Assembly (NCBI GenBank): GCA_041736175.1
Contig: JBGSUI010000217.1
Span: 1 to 64,000 of the forward strand
Length of the DNA stretch: 64,000 nucleotides
Direction: 5' to 3'
Source: Oligoflexales bacterium
GTDB lineage: Bacteria; Bdellovibrionota_B; Oligoflexia; Oligoflexales; CAIYRB01
In this document: positions 1-10,091 of the stretch, in pieces
How the letters are laid out: each line of letters starts with the position of its first letter
How positions within the stretch are numbered: the stretch's first letter is position 1
Translations under genes and position numbers: made by a program
Notes under the pieces: generated by a model
The model's input: only the letters and a program-made list of their open reading frames with translations
What the model was told of the DNA's origin: nothing
The model's database searches: none

Positions 1-146
1 CTGGGGGTCAAAACAGTTTAAAATGCTTTCTGGACTCCGCGGGAATATCCCCTACTATCCGAAAGATGGGGAGACTGATTTTAGGTCCAAATCCTAGGAT
101 AGGATTTAGGCTCGTACCCCCCCTATTTGGACACCCCACAGGGGAA

Positions 147-968
147 TTAAAGGTTTGCAAGTTGGGCTAACAATATTCCCGCTGCCACTGAAACATTTAA
201 CGATTCTAGACCTGAAAGACTCGCCTGGCCGACGATGACATCAGCCTGGTCCATAAGAATCTTTGAGACTCCATCACCTTCAGATCCTAAAACCAGAGCC
301 ATCCGGTCGAGTCGTTTGATCGAGGCATCGATAGGCTTGCCTCCCATATCAGCGGCAATCACCCAGTAGCTTAGTTCCTTTAGCTGGCGGAGGAGGCGAG
401 AGAGATTGGTGACAACCGTTACATCTGAGATAGCCAGTCCACCCTGGGCGGTGGCAATCACTGCGGGAGTCAACGACACCTGTCGCCGCTCGGGGATAAA
501 GATATGACGCACATCAAAAAACGCCGCTGTGCGGATCAGCGCTCCCAAGTTGCGCGGATCTTGGATCCGATCGAGGACCAGGACGATCTCACGGTCGCGG
601 CCTAATTTCTTAAGTTTCGCTAACCCCTCGGCTTCTGCCAAGGTTTTAAAATGACCCAACCCAACCAGAGGCCCGTAAATCTGGGGCAACCCCCAAAGCC
701 GCGCTATAGAGTCTCGGTCGGTTTTGTGAACTATGACTCCATGGGTTTGGATTTCTGCTGCAATCGACTTAAACGCCGCCTCACCCTCGGACGAAACCCA
801 GATCTCCCTTAGCACCCTGGGTCGAAACCTGAGGTACTCTCGAATTGCAGCAAGCCCTTCAATAGGCATGCCCTTTGGAGATACTTCCCATTCCTTACCA
901 CTCTCTTTTCTCTCTTTTTTGGGTATCCGTCGCCCTTGCTCATGGGGCCCCTTTGGCCTATCTCTCAT
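147..968 (-). CDS. TrmH/SpoU family RNA 2'-O-methyltransferase (RlmB-like)
   Basis: SPOUT motifs LDRIQDPRNLGALIRTA, VLGSEGDG, ESLNVSVAAG. Start moved from 1154 to the ATG at 968 to avoid overlap with the upstream gene. Confidence 0.85.
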   Translation of the reverse strand: MRDRPKGPHEQGRRIPKKERKESGKEWEVSPKGMPIEGLAAIREYLRFRPRVLREIWVSSEGEAAFKSIAAEIQTHGVIVHKTDRDSIARLWGLPQIYGPLVGLGHFKTLAEAEGLAKLKKLGRDREIVLVLDRIQDPRNLGALIRTAAFFDVRHIFIPERRQVSLTPAVIATAQGGLAISDVTVVTNLSRLLRQLKELSYWVIAADMGGKPIDASIKRLDRMALVLGSEGDGVSKILMDQADVIVGQASLSGLESLNVSVAAGILLAQLANL

Positions 969-1009
969 CCAATCCCCGCCTTCCGCTCCTGGACAATCCA
1001 GTCTCAAAA

Positions 1010-2275
1010 TTATGTCGAGACGGAGCGATACTCTTGGCGAAGCTGATTCGCAACAGAAAACTGCAGATGATCCCCTGCAATTTGAAAAAGAAATTGAATC
1101 ATACTTTCGACTCGCATTGTAAAGTAAGGGATACGATCTGGATAGGCCTGACATTGGGCATAAATACCCGTGATTGCTTCACGAGCAAGATGGAAGTCGT
1201 CGTTTAGGTGAATATAGGGCATCACCCCCTGCTCAGAAGTGCGCACAAAAACGCGAATTTCATTTGCTGGAAAAGTCTTACCAGAGTTTTTAAAGGTATG
1301 ATTGACGGCGTTAAGAACATAGGAGTAAGCCTCGATCTTGTTGCGTATAGGGGCTAGGTCCGACGTGTTGGGCAGGGGATGATCGACTTCTGATAAAACT
1401 TTACAGAGTCCCAAACAGTTTAATTGGTAGAGGGTACTAACTGTATAGATATCAATTAATTTAGATGCATTAAGAACCTGTTCAACAGTTGGCTTGGAGT
1501 CAATCATCTCCAAAAAATCACCTAAAAACGTCCCCGGTGTTAGATGAGGTTCCGTAATCGATGCCAACTCCATGGTGGGAACGATTTGGCTGGTTGGTAC
1601 CAGACTATCTAAAAAATTACGAAAGCCAACACCGAAACAAAACATGTCCTGAACCATCTCTTTAGCCGACGTATTCATAGCGACTTCCGTCACTGGGTTT
1701 TGCCCCTGTTCGTCGATCTCCAAAAACACATGGCCAACCATAAAGGTCGAGCGGATGATCTGCTGAACCTGGGCGATCAAGGCACTCCAAAGTTGAGTAT
1801 CGCTCATGCCACCCTTGCTGACGAGGATTTGACCGAAGCGCTGGCTTTTTGTAACCTGGGAAGTAGCAAAAGTAAGCTGGTCTAAGGTTATCCGAGCTTC
1901 ACGGTATAAAATCTCCCCAAGCCGATCATCGATAATCGATGACCCCGCAAAGACGATTTGTCCTTTGTGGAGATAGATCCTTTTGATTCCATGAAAAGTA
2001 TCAACATAGAGAAGACCGGTCCAACCGTCTTGAATCAGCCCCAACAAAACCTGTTTATAGAGGGCGCTAGAAAGTGACCCTGAACTTGATGGGGAAACCG
2101 CACCGGATTTTGCCCTTGCACCCATCACCATAAAGCGTTGGTCGTCTATCGTTCGCGCGCTCCATGGCCCCAACTCCGAGGCTAGCATGGTCCCACCTAA
2201 CGTCACCTCACCTGGAGCTGAGGAGGTCACCTGTATCTCTAGTGGATTTTCAACGTTTCTAACTGCTTCACCCAT
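1010..2275 (-). CDS. DUF4388/PATAN-like domain protein
   Basis: WTGLLYV...KRIYLHKGQIVFAGS...DRLGEIL and RFGQILV pattern typical of DUF4388 plus MshEN-like segments. Confidence 0.6.
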   Translation of the reverse strand: MGEAVRNVENPLEIQVTSSAPGEVTLGGTMLASELGPWSARTIDDQRFMVMGARAKSGAVSPSSSGSLSSALYKQVLLGLIQDGWTGLLYVDTFHGIKRIYLHKGQIVFAGSSIIDDRLGEILYREARITLDQLTFATSQVTKSQRFGQILVSKGGMSDTQLWSALIAQVQQIIRSTFMVGHVFLEIDEQGQNPVTEVAMNTSAKEMVQDMFCFGVGFRNFLDSLVPTSQIVPTMELASITEPHLTPGTFLGDFLEMIDSKPTVEQVLNASKLIDIYTVSTLYQLNCLGLCKVLSEVDHPLPNTSDLAPIRNKIEAYSYVLNAVNHTFKNSGKTFPANEIRVFVRTSEQGVMPYIHLNDDFHLAREAITGIYAQCQAYPDRIPYFTMRVESMIQFLFQIAGDHLQFSVANQLRQEYRSVST

Positions 2276-2404
2276 ATCAATCGCTCCCTTTGATCGGAAT
2301 CCATTCGGGTCATCATGTAAAAATACTCATCTTGATTCGGTATGTTAGCAAAAAAGCTCTCTTCGTGCAATGCACCGAATAGGGACTTGGTCACATGGTT
2401 TGCT

Positions 2405-4669
2405 CTATATGGTGATATTTCTATTCTGTCCGCGAATAGGTAGCTCAATCACCACCCGCGTGCCTTGGGGTTCATTTGGGAAGAGCCTTAGATACCCACC
2501 GTGATCAGTGATAATTTGATGGACTATGGCGAGGCCGAGCCCGGTCCCACCATCTTTTGTCGAAAAATAAGGCTCCAGGACCCTTTCGCGAAGCTGCTGG
2601 GGGATCCCATAACCATAGTCGATAATTTCAACTCTAATAATTCCTAGGCGATCAAGTGGCTTAGCGGTTACCATAATCTTGCCAGGACTAAAAGATGTGT
2701 CGACCGCTTCGATGGCATTGGTGATGAGATTCATAAAGACCCGATTGATCTGGCCGTGGTCAATCATTAAGTTTGGCAAAGGGCGAAGCCCCGTCGTATC
2801 AAACTCAATCTGTGGATAACTCATCTTAAAAAGATCGATGACTTCATGGATAATCTCTCCGATCTGACCTAGTTTAAGGTGAGCTTCGGGAAGCCTCGAA
2901 AATTTAGAAAACTCGTTTACTAGATCACGTAGTGAATCAACCTGCTTTAAAATGGTCTCCAAGCACGATTCGAACACTTCCTGATCTTCACCAGAAAATC
3001 TCTCATGGTAGCGACGTAAAAGCCTTTGGGCACTTAATTTAATGGGAGTTACGGGGTTTTTTATTTCATGGGCAATGCGTCGTGCCACTTCTCGCCATGC
3101 AGCGACTTTTTGCAGTTTAACCTGGTCGCTAGCATCGTCAACCAGGACAATGATGCCCAGCTCCTCTCCATCCCGATCGTAGATTCGGTTTGCATTAACG
3201 ATCAATGTCAATTCCCGCTGATCCATGACGACTTCGATTTGAGTCTTAAAGCTACTTCGTTCTGCTTGGAGACCTTCGTAAATTGGTGACCAGAAACTCT
3301 CGCGAATCTGCGAATCAAAACATGTTTCTATTGATTTTCCCACCATTTCTTGGGCGACAACGTTGAGGATCTTTTCCGCCGCCTGGTTAAGGGTGGTAAC
3401 CACCAGGTTCCGATCAACCACCAAGACTCCAGCTGCGACGTTTTGAAGAATGATTTCCATATAACGACGACGATGCTCTAGTTCATGATTGGTGCCAACC
3501 AACTCCAATCGGGCCTGATCAACCTCACTGCGGTGCCGCGCAAGGTCTTGGGTCATCAAATTAAACGCTCGTACTAATTGACCAATTTCGTCCTGGGTTT
3601 TCGCAATAAGTTTGATCCCGTAGTTTCCTAAAGCTACTTCTCGCGTACCTTCCGCGAGGCTTTGGATAGGCCCGGTAATCCCCCGCGCCACATAAAATCC
3701 AAGCCAGACTGCAGAAAAAGCGACCAAGAGGGTCATAACGATCAGCAAGATAAGGTAGCTTAACCTGATCAATTGGGCACCCTGTTTTAAATCTGAAAAA
3801 CTCTGCTGAATAGATTCTATGGACTTGAGAATCTGGGTCTCAAACTTAGTTTCTGTTACGAGAGCACCAATAATCTCCTGATCATGTTTATTGATGATTG
3901 GAGCGATTCCGCGAGCGATATCTAGCTGGTTGTTTCCAGCAACAGTACTGATCGCTCCGAGACTTGGATCTTTAGCAAAACGCTCCAAGGCCTCCACAAC
4001 AAAAGTATCCGTGAATTGATTTCGCTCATCTACAGCACCTCGACTGGACCAAATTAAGGATCCTCGCTTATTAAAAACTTTGATTTCATCAAGCCCATAT
4101 TGTTTATCGAATCCCTTCAGGTAATTTGTTAAAATAATAGGCGGACCAAAGCTACCTTGAAGCGATGGAGTGATCACCTTGACCTTTTGGAGGGCCAACC
4201 TTGATAGTGATTCCAAACGAACCTGATCCTGCTTATAGATCCTAGCTCCGGCTTCCCGTGTTTGGTGCATAGTAACCCGAACTTTTTCGGAAAACCATTC
4301 GTCAAAACTTGTCACGATAAACCTTGCAGAAATGTAAAAAAACAACATCGTTGGAGCTAAGGCAAAGAACATCAATGTAGCAACTAATTTAACTCGAATC
4401 TTTGATCCAAAAACTCCTCTACGTCTTTCAACAACAACTTTTGCCACATTACGAAACAGGAGAAAAGACAACAGTAAAATCAAAATCACATTGAAATTGA
4501 TCAAACCAAAATAGACGACAGTGGTAAAAAAATCTCTATTCTTTGACAGGGTTTCAGCTAGTTCAAAAAGTCGCGACTCCAGGCGTGATAGTCCCACGAG
4601 GAGTAGAGTGGTGACTATAATCCCGAAAAATTCGAATAGCCGCTTTCGTTCTGAAGCTGTCTTAAGCAT
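2405..4669 (-). CDS. NtrY-like sensor histidine kinase (TM-HAMP-PAS-HisKA-HATPase)
   Basis: Multiple N-terminal TM helices, HAMP (DEIGQLVRAFN), H-box AWREVARRIAHEIKNP, N/G boxes NLITNA and GTGLGL. Confidence 0.9.
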   Translation of the reverse strand: MLKTASERKRLFEFFGIIVTTLLLVGLSRLESRLFELAETLSKNRDFFTTVVYFGLINFNVILILLLSFLLFRNVAKVVVERRRGVFGSKIRVKLVATLMFFALAPTMLFFYISARFIVTSFDEWFSEKVRVTMHQTREAGARIYKQDQVRLESLSRLALQKVKVITPSLQGSFGPPIILTNYLKGFDKQYGLDEIKVFNKRGSLIWSSRGAVDERNQFTDTFVVEALERFAKDPSLGAISTVAGNNQLDIARGIAPIINKHDQEIIGALVTETKFETQILKSIESIQQSFSDLKQGAQLIRLSYLILLIVMTLLVAFSAVWLGFYVARGITGPIQSLAEGTREVALGNYGIKLIAKTQDEIGQLVRAFNLMTQDLARHRSEVDQARLELVGTNHELEHRRRYMEIILQNVAAGVLVVDRNLVVTTLNQAAEKILNVVAQEMVGKSIETCFDSQIRESFWSPIYEGLQAERSSFKTQIEVVMDQRELTLIVNANRIYDRDGEELGIIVLVDDASDQVKLQKVAAWREVARRIAHEIKNPVTPIKLSAQRLLRRYHERFSGEDQEVFESCLETILKQVDSLRDLVNEFSKFSRLPEAHLKLGQIGEIIHEVIDLFKMSYPQIEFDTTGLRPLPNLMIDHGQINRVFMNLITNAIEAVDTSFSPGKIMVTAKPLDRLGIIRVEIIDYGYGIPQQLRERVLEPYFSTKDGGTGLGLAIVHQIITDHGGYLRLFPNEPQGTRVVIELPIRGQNRNITI

Positions 4670-4677
4670 CTCGATCG

Positions 4678-5340
4678 TTAAGGCTCCATTTCAAGAGTTA
4701 CCGTTCCAAATAAAACCTTTTTGCGGGCAAATTGGAGGTATATTCTATTCTTATCTTGAACCACTTGATAAAAAACTTGTTCATTTTTTGGGAGGTTAGT
4801 TGCTACATGGAAAACCTTAAACAAATCATCCGGTAAAACCCGGACGATTTCGCCTTCGCGAACTATTCTTTTCTGTTTATTGATCGCCAATTCAACATAA
4901 TTCAAGATAGGATTTAAGATTCTGATTGTTATAAAGCCACCTACAGAAGCACTACGCGCCCTAATCACCAAATCTATTTCAGGGGTTGGACCTTGCTTCG
5001 ACTGAAAGTCTGAAGAGTCAAGAACCAGCCCAGTCAAATCTCCTCTCACCGGTTGAATTTTATGTAAGCTGAGTTGCTTAAGGGTTTTTCGGTCGAGTAT
5101 CAGCCCATTTGTTTTTTTGGATGGATCTAAAAGCACCGCAGACCGAATGGATAACTGATCGCCAAGGTAGATGGCTATGGTTTCCCCGGACCTGGCATAC
5201 CGAGTCTCTTGGTTAACATTTAAGATCACGTAGTCCAAGCCTGTTGAAAATAAACTCACCGATTTATGGACCACGGCCCTCGCCAGGGGTGCTAAGCCAA
5301 CCAACCACAAGAAAATAAGGGCTCTAAATTTATCCCACAC
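4678..5340 (-). CDS. hypothetical exported protein
   Basis: 220-aa ORF with GGAGG RBS and signal-peptide-like N-terminus; ends 8 nt before the kinase start. Confidence 0.65.
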   Translation of the reverse strand: MWDKFRALIFLWLVGLAPLARAVVHKSVSLFSTGLDYVILNVNQETRYARSGETIAIYLGDQLSIRSAVLLDPSKKTNGLILDRKTLKQLSLHKIQPVRGDLTGLVLDSSDFQSKQGPTPEIDLVIRARSASVGGFITIRILNPILNYVELAINKQKRIVREGEIVRVLPDDLFKVFHVATNLPKNEQVFYQVVQDKNRIYLQFARKKVLFGTVTLEMEP

Positions 5341-5500
5341 TTAAAACCTCCTGCCAGTCGTCAACAATCAATGTTAACATAGACAATGGATGAAAGAATC
5401 AGATTCGCAAAAACCTGGCACCCTCGGTTTCAGATAGGTATATTGCAACTGACACGACGGCATAATTGATTTCCACCAACCCAATCCAAACTTGGCACCT

Positions 5501-6508
5501 ATGGAACCCACCCATTCTACAAACACCCCAAATGGGTTCACACCAAGGATCCTAGAGACCCCAGTTTTACTTCAGATATATCAAGACACGTTAAAGGATC
5601 TAGGAAAAGAGTCGTCCACAGTGGAATCTTATTCCCGTGACGCCCGCACTTTTCTTGCCTATCTCGCTCTTAACCGTCTTTCCTACAATCGGGTCGAACC
5701 AGGAACTCTGATCCATTACCAAGACTACCTTCGCCATGAGCGGCTGGAGAAAGACAACTCGGTGCGCCGCGCCGTAGTGGGGATCCGCCAATTTTATCGG
5801 TTTCTTGTAGCCAAAAGCTTCGTCCAAAGCACTCCTTTTGATGAGATCCCCATTCCTCCTAGAGACGAAAGCTTTAGCAGCCAAATCGATCATGAAATCC
5901 TGGACCGATTACTCTTACACGCCCATAAGACTAATCCCCCCCTGAAAAGCTGTCGAGACTGCGCCATTCTCTGTCTCCTAGGGTACGAGGGAATCAAGGC
6001 CCATGAGCTGATTTCTTTAAAATGGAAGGATTTGCTGTTACCCCTCCCCAGTGACGAAACCACTCCCCAAAACACGGAACAGGGTCTCAGTGACTTTAAA
6101 CCTCGCACCACCCTCCATGTTCGAGGCCAACGTACCAGAGTGCTCTCGCTCACCGCTCAAACCACAAAGACTATAATAGACTACCGAGGCCACTACGATT
6201 CTGCAAAACATCCGGCTCTAAGGCGCACCTATGAAACCCACATGTTTTGTGCCTTTAAGGGTCGCGAGGCTGCAACACCGCTCCCCTCGATGACAAGGCA
6301 TGGCCTCAAGTTTATGCTCTATGAGATTGGACAGAGTTGTGGCATAGAAAAACTAAATACCGAGCAACTCAGACACCATGCCGTTCAATTTCAGTTAGAG
6401 CAGGGAAAATCAATGGAAGAAATCATGATTCATTTGGGTCTCAGGAGACCAGGAAACATTTCCAAGCACCTTAGCAAGACGTCTCGAACATGCCAGAACC
6501 CCTTATAA
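5501..6508 (+). CDS. XerC/XerD-like tyrosine recombinase fold, catalytic residues degenerate
   Basis: Core-binding domain (STVESYSRD...IRQFYRFL), RDCAIL...GIKAHEL, EQLRH, HLGL; catalytic Arg1, His, His/Trp and Tyr are substituted. Confidence 0.8.
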   Translation: MEPTHSTNTPNGFTPRILETPVLLQIYQDTLKDLGKESSTVESYSRDARTFLAYLALNRLSYNRVEPGTLIHYQDYLRHERLEKDNSVRRAVVGIRQFYRFLVAKSFVQSTPFDEIPIPPRDESFSSQIDHEILDRLLLHAHKTNPPLKSCRDCAILCLLGYEGIKAHELISLKWKDLLLPLPSDETTPQNTEQGLSDFKPRTTLHVRGQRTRVLSLTAQTTKTIIDYRGHYDSAKHPALRRTYETHMFCAFKGREAATPLPSMTRHGLKFMLYEIGQSCGIEKLNTEQLRHHAVQFQLEQGKSMEEIMIHLGLRRPGNISKHLSKTSRTCQNPL

Positions 6509-6996
6509 ATGAGCATGATTTTTGGATGGAACAGGCCCTTGTATGGGCAAAGGTCGCCAAGGATCTTGACGAGGTTCCCGTAGGAGCCATTATCGTCAAA
6601 GACCAAGAAATCCTCGGTTGGGGCTATAATAGGCGGGAAATGGATAAAAATTCCCTAAGGCATGCTGAAATTGATGCTATCAATAGAGCGTCCCAGTCAC
6701 TAGGTACCTGGAGGCTGGGGGGCTGCACCCTTTATGCGACCCTCGAGCCCTGTTTGATGTGTGCCGGGGCTTTGCTCCAAGGAAGAATTTCAAAAGTGGT
6801 CTATGGAGCCTTAGATCCAAAAGGTGGCGCAATGGGAAGCCTATATTCACTCCATAAAGACCAACGCCTCAACCATCAAATTGAGGTGATCCCTGGTATC
6901 TTATCAGAAACCTGTGGGGAGCTACTGAAAGAGTTTTTTAGAAAAAAAAGAAAAGGCTCTAGGGAGATCGCTCCTAAGGAATCACCTTTGAAATAA
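6490..6996 (+). CDS. tadA: tRNA adenosine(34) deaminase
   Basis: EVPVGA, HAE, TLEPCLMCAGA, DPKGGA and LNH motifs. Confidence 0.93.
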   Translation: MPEPLINEHDFWMEQALVWAKVAKDLDEVPVGAIIVKDQEILGWGYNRREMDKNSLRHAEIDAINRASQSLGTWRLGGCTLYATLEPCLMCAGALLQGRISKVVYGALDPKGGAMGSLYSLHKDQRLNHQIEVIPGILSETCGELLKEFFRKKRKGSREIAPKESPLK

Positions 6997-7420
6997 CGAT
7001 CTCAATATCTCCCTGTCCACGGGAAACATCCGTCACCTCACCTACAAGGTCACCAGGCTGATCGGGTCCCGCTTGATCATCTCGATCAAGCCTGGCCTTT
7101 AACTTAAATCGATCGGGCACGTCGCTGCCCCCCATCATCATCTGCATATTATCTCGTGTTAAAATAAATTCATATAAAACCCCACTCTTGGAGGAGTCGA
7201 CAACTTTGCGCAATGCTCCAAGGGGCATAGGACGATCAGGGCCTGACATAACAATAAAAAGTGTCTTGATGTTTTTGGCGGAATCCACCACGGAAGCATC
7301 CAAAAGGACTCTTCCCCGGGCAAAGGCATGGGAGGTTTCTCCCATCTTGCCTGCGCTGAGGGCCGCGATGATCACCACGATCACAATAACGATTCCACCA
7401 ATCAAACCTAGTTTTTTCAC
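6974..7420 (-). CDS. membrane-anchored protein resembling the CcmH/CycH C-terminal Ig-like domain
   Basis: N-terminal TM; PMPLGA...F.L..DNM...ARLDRD...QPGDL pattern. Confidence 0.45.
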   Translation of the reverse strand: MKKLGLIGGIVIVIVVIIAALSAGKMGETSHAFARGRVLLDASVVDSAKNIKTLFIVMSGPDRPMPLGALRKVVDSSKSGVLYEFILTRDNMQMMMGGSDVPDRFKLKARLDRDDQAGPDQPGDLVGEVTDVSRGQGDIEIVISKVIP

Positions 7421-7469
7421 GTCGTAGCCCCCTAGCCATCTTACTCATTGCCAGCCGTATCGAGCCCTA

Positions 7470-9983
7470 CTAAACAAGCCCCATCACTTTAGTGCTACTT
7501 GATCCACCTGAAACCGCTGCGGTAGGACCTGACTCTTTAATGTCTAGGAGGTTTGATCTAAATTCCTCAAGTCTAAAGGAATCCACTTGGACCGCCTCGT
7601 CCCTAAGCTCGTTGGCCCGGTTTAACAAATGAGCCTCTTCTGCTGTGATGATGTTGGCCTGGAGAGCCTCTTTGACGAGGGCATTAGGACGCTTTTTAGG
7701 GAGTTTTTTCTCTTTTACAGCCTTAGCGATACGCCCAAAAATGGCCGTTGACTCGTGTGAGAGTTTAAAAGCCTCTTCGAGTATAGAGGTATGATCACCT
7801 GCTTTAGCTGAGACCACGATCCCTTGGGTGAGATCATCGCGGAGACCATTCGGCATCTGAACCTGGACCGCAATTCTATGGCCTAGGGAATCAGAGGGAC
7901 CACCATGGAGACGGTTGACCCGAGACCAAAATCCCACGGGAACCCGCATAACCCAAGAGAGACCGGGGATCGGTACTTGAAAATTACCAAAGATCCCATC
8001 AAAACCTTCTTGAATTCTTGCAAAGCAAAGTTGCATGGCCCAATCAAAAACATCTTCATGGTCTTTTTTGCGACCTTCGGCCTCAAACCTGCGCATCACA
8101 GCACTCGCGAGGTACATCCACGACAAGACATCAGCGTAGCGTCCTGTGAGTTTTTCCCTCATTTTTAAGGATCCTCCAAGGGAGGCCATGGCAAAATCAG
8201 CCATCACCGCAAAGCTTGCAGAAGACCATGCTAACTTTCTTTGATAGGCTCCGATCTTGCCGCTTCCAGGGACATTTGCCAAGCGTCCTCGGGTCAGACT
8301 GAGCACTACGGATCGACAAAGATTGGTCACAACATGATTGATATGGCCCCAAAAGGCTATATCAAACCCAGCCACATCCCCTGCCTCCATGGCTTTGACT
8401 TCTTTATATGCATAAGGGTGACAGCGAAGGGCCCCTTGGCCAAAAATCATCATGGTCCTCGTCAATATGTTTGCACCTTCGACCGTGATGCTAATGGGCA
8501 TACCGATGTATGCAGATGCGATTCGATTGCGTGGGCCACGGGAAATCGCAGCTCCCCCAAGGATATCCATACCATCATTGATGGCTTCGCGGGCTAACTC
8601 AGTTAGATTGTATTTTGCAATAGCAGAAACAACTGCAGGTTTAAGACCTGAATCTACTGCCCCTGCTGTATAGATCCGGGTGGCTTCTAAGAGATAGGAG
8701 AGTCCGGTGATACGGGCTAGTGGCTCTTCAATTCCTTCAAATTGGCCGATCGACACACCAAACTGGCGACGCACCACTCCATAGGCGCTGGTAAGGCGGG
8801 TAAGTAGCTTGACGACTCCGGCACTTTGGGAGGGTAGCGAAACCGCACGGCCCGCCGCCAAACATTCCATCAACATCGTCCAGCCGCGCCCCACCCCCTG
8901 CTCGCCACCGATCACCTGATCAATGGAGACTTCGACATCGCGACCGCTCGTGGGGCAGTTATAAAAAGGGACTCCGAGAGGATTGTGGCGCTTTCCAAGC
9001 ACAACACCTTTGGTGGATGCCGGTACAAGAACACAGGTAATTCCTAACTCCTCTCCTTTGCCTAGAAGGTTTTCAGGATCCCTCAGCTTGATTGCTAAGC
9101 CAATCAACGTTGAGACCGCTGCCAAAGTGATGTAGCGTTTGTCCCAATTTAAACGAACCATCAAGTTGCCATTAGGATCTTTAAAGATCACTCCAAAACT
9201 CTGAATGGCGCCTGCATCAGAGCCTGCGTGGGTTTCGGTAAGACCAAAACAAGGTATTTCTTCGCCTCTCGCCAGGCGAGGAAGATAGTATTTCTTTTGT
9301 TTATCGGTTCCATAGTGCATAAGGAGTTCGCCGGGCCCGAGGGAATTCGGCACCATGACCGTGATGCAAAGGGTGTTGCAGTGGGTCCCTAGTTTAGCCA
9401 CCACGGCACTATGGGCTAGGGCCGAAAATCCAAGCCCCCCATACTCTTTAGAGATGATCATCCCAAAGAAACGCTCTTTTTTAAGAAAGTCCCAGACTCG
9501 GGTAGGCAAGTCTCCGTTTTGGTAGACCTCCCAATCAGTGACTAAACTTGCAAGCTGGTCGACTTTGTGATCCACAAAGGCCTGTTCCTCGGCATTGAGC
9601 TTAGGATAGGATTCCGTAAGAATCCTCTTGAAGTCCGGTTGGCCCGAAAACAGCTCGGCATCGACCCATGTGGTGCCTGCGTCCAAAGCTGTACGCTCGG
9701 TCTCTGAAATGACCGGCATTAGCTTGGCCTTTTTCATAATACCCATAACATTGCGGGTTACGAAGTTTTGCCTAAGGCCAGGGATATTGAAGACGGCTAA
9801 GGCCGCCACTAGGACGATCATCAATGTAAGGGGGGCTCCCCATAACCACGAGAACCCTAGAATCGCCACAGACCAAGCCCAAAAAGGTGCCCGCTGAAAT
9901 CCTAAGGCTAAAAACCAAAGGACGACACTCAGGATTCCAATTAAAACATCGTTTTCAAGAAACCAGCCATTGCCAAAATCCAT
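7470..9983 (-). CDS. fadE: acyl-CoA dehydrogenase (FadE-type)
   Basis: ISETERTALDAG, VMVPNSLGPGELL, CFGLTE..AGSDAG, ITVEGANILTR; ATG at 9983 has a GGGAGG RBS. Confidence 0.92.
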   Translation of the reverse strand: MDFGNGWFLENDVLIGILSVVLWFLALGFQRAPFWAWSVAILGFSWLWGAPLTLMIVLVAALAVFNIPGLRQNFVTRNVMGIMKKAKLMPVISETERTALDAGTTWVDAELFSGQPDFKRILTESYPKLNAEEQAFVDHKVDQLASLVTDWEVYQNGDLPTRVWDFLKKERFFGMIISKEYGGLGFSALAHSAVVAKLGTHCNTLCITVMVPNSLGPGELLMHYGTDKQKKYYLPRLARGEEIPCFGLTETHAGSDAGAIQSFGVIFKDPNGNLMVRLNWDKRYITLAAVSTLIGLAIKLRDPENLLGKGEELGITCVLVPASTKGVVLGKRHNPLGVPFYNCPTSGRDVEVSIDQVIGGEQGVGRGWTMLMECLAAGRAVSLPSQSAGVVKLLTRLTSAYGVVRRQFGVSIGQFEGIEEPLARITGLSYLLEATRIYTAGAVDSGLKPAVVSAIAKYNLTELAREAINDGMDILGGAAISRGPRNRIASAYIGMPISITVEGANILTRTMMIFGQGALRCHPYAYKEVKAMEAGDVAGFDIAFWGHINHVVTNLCRSVVLSLTRGRLANVPGSGKIGAYQRKLAWSSASFAVMADFAMASLGGSLKMREKLTGRYADVLSWMYLASAVMRRFEAEGRKKDHEDVFDWAMQLCFARIQEGFDGIFGNFQVPIPGLSWVMRVPVGFWSRVNRLHGGPSDSLGHRIAVQVQMPNGLRDDLTQGIVVSAKAGDHTSILEEAFKLSHESTAIFGRIAKAVKEKKLPKKRPNALVKEALQANIITAEEAHLLNRANELRDEAVQVDSFRLEEFRSNLLDIKESGPTAAVSGGSSSTKVMGLV

Positions 9984-10091
9984 GTTTTGTACCTCCCATC
10001 GTACCCATTGACGCTCTAAAACTATTACCACAAGTGATGCCGTACAGGACACACCTAAGGTCTATCGGATCAGGCTGGCCAATCATTGACA

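Noticed and set aside
969..1154. N-terminal extension of the RNA methyltransferase ORF
   Set aside because: It overlaps the upstream gene in another frame; the ATG at 968 is more plausible.
5501..6508. Active integrase marking a prophage or island
   Set aside because: The catalytic Tyr and other residues are missing, and no phage genes or att repeats were seen nearby.
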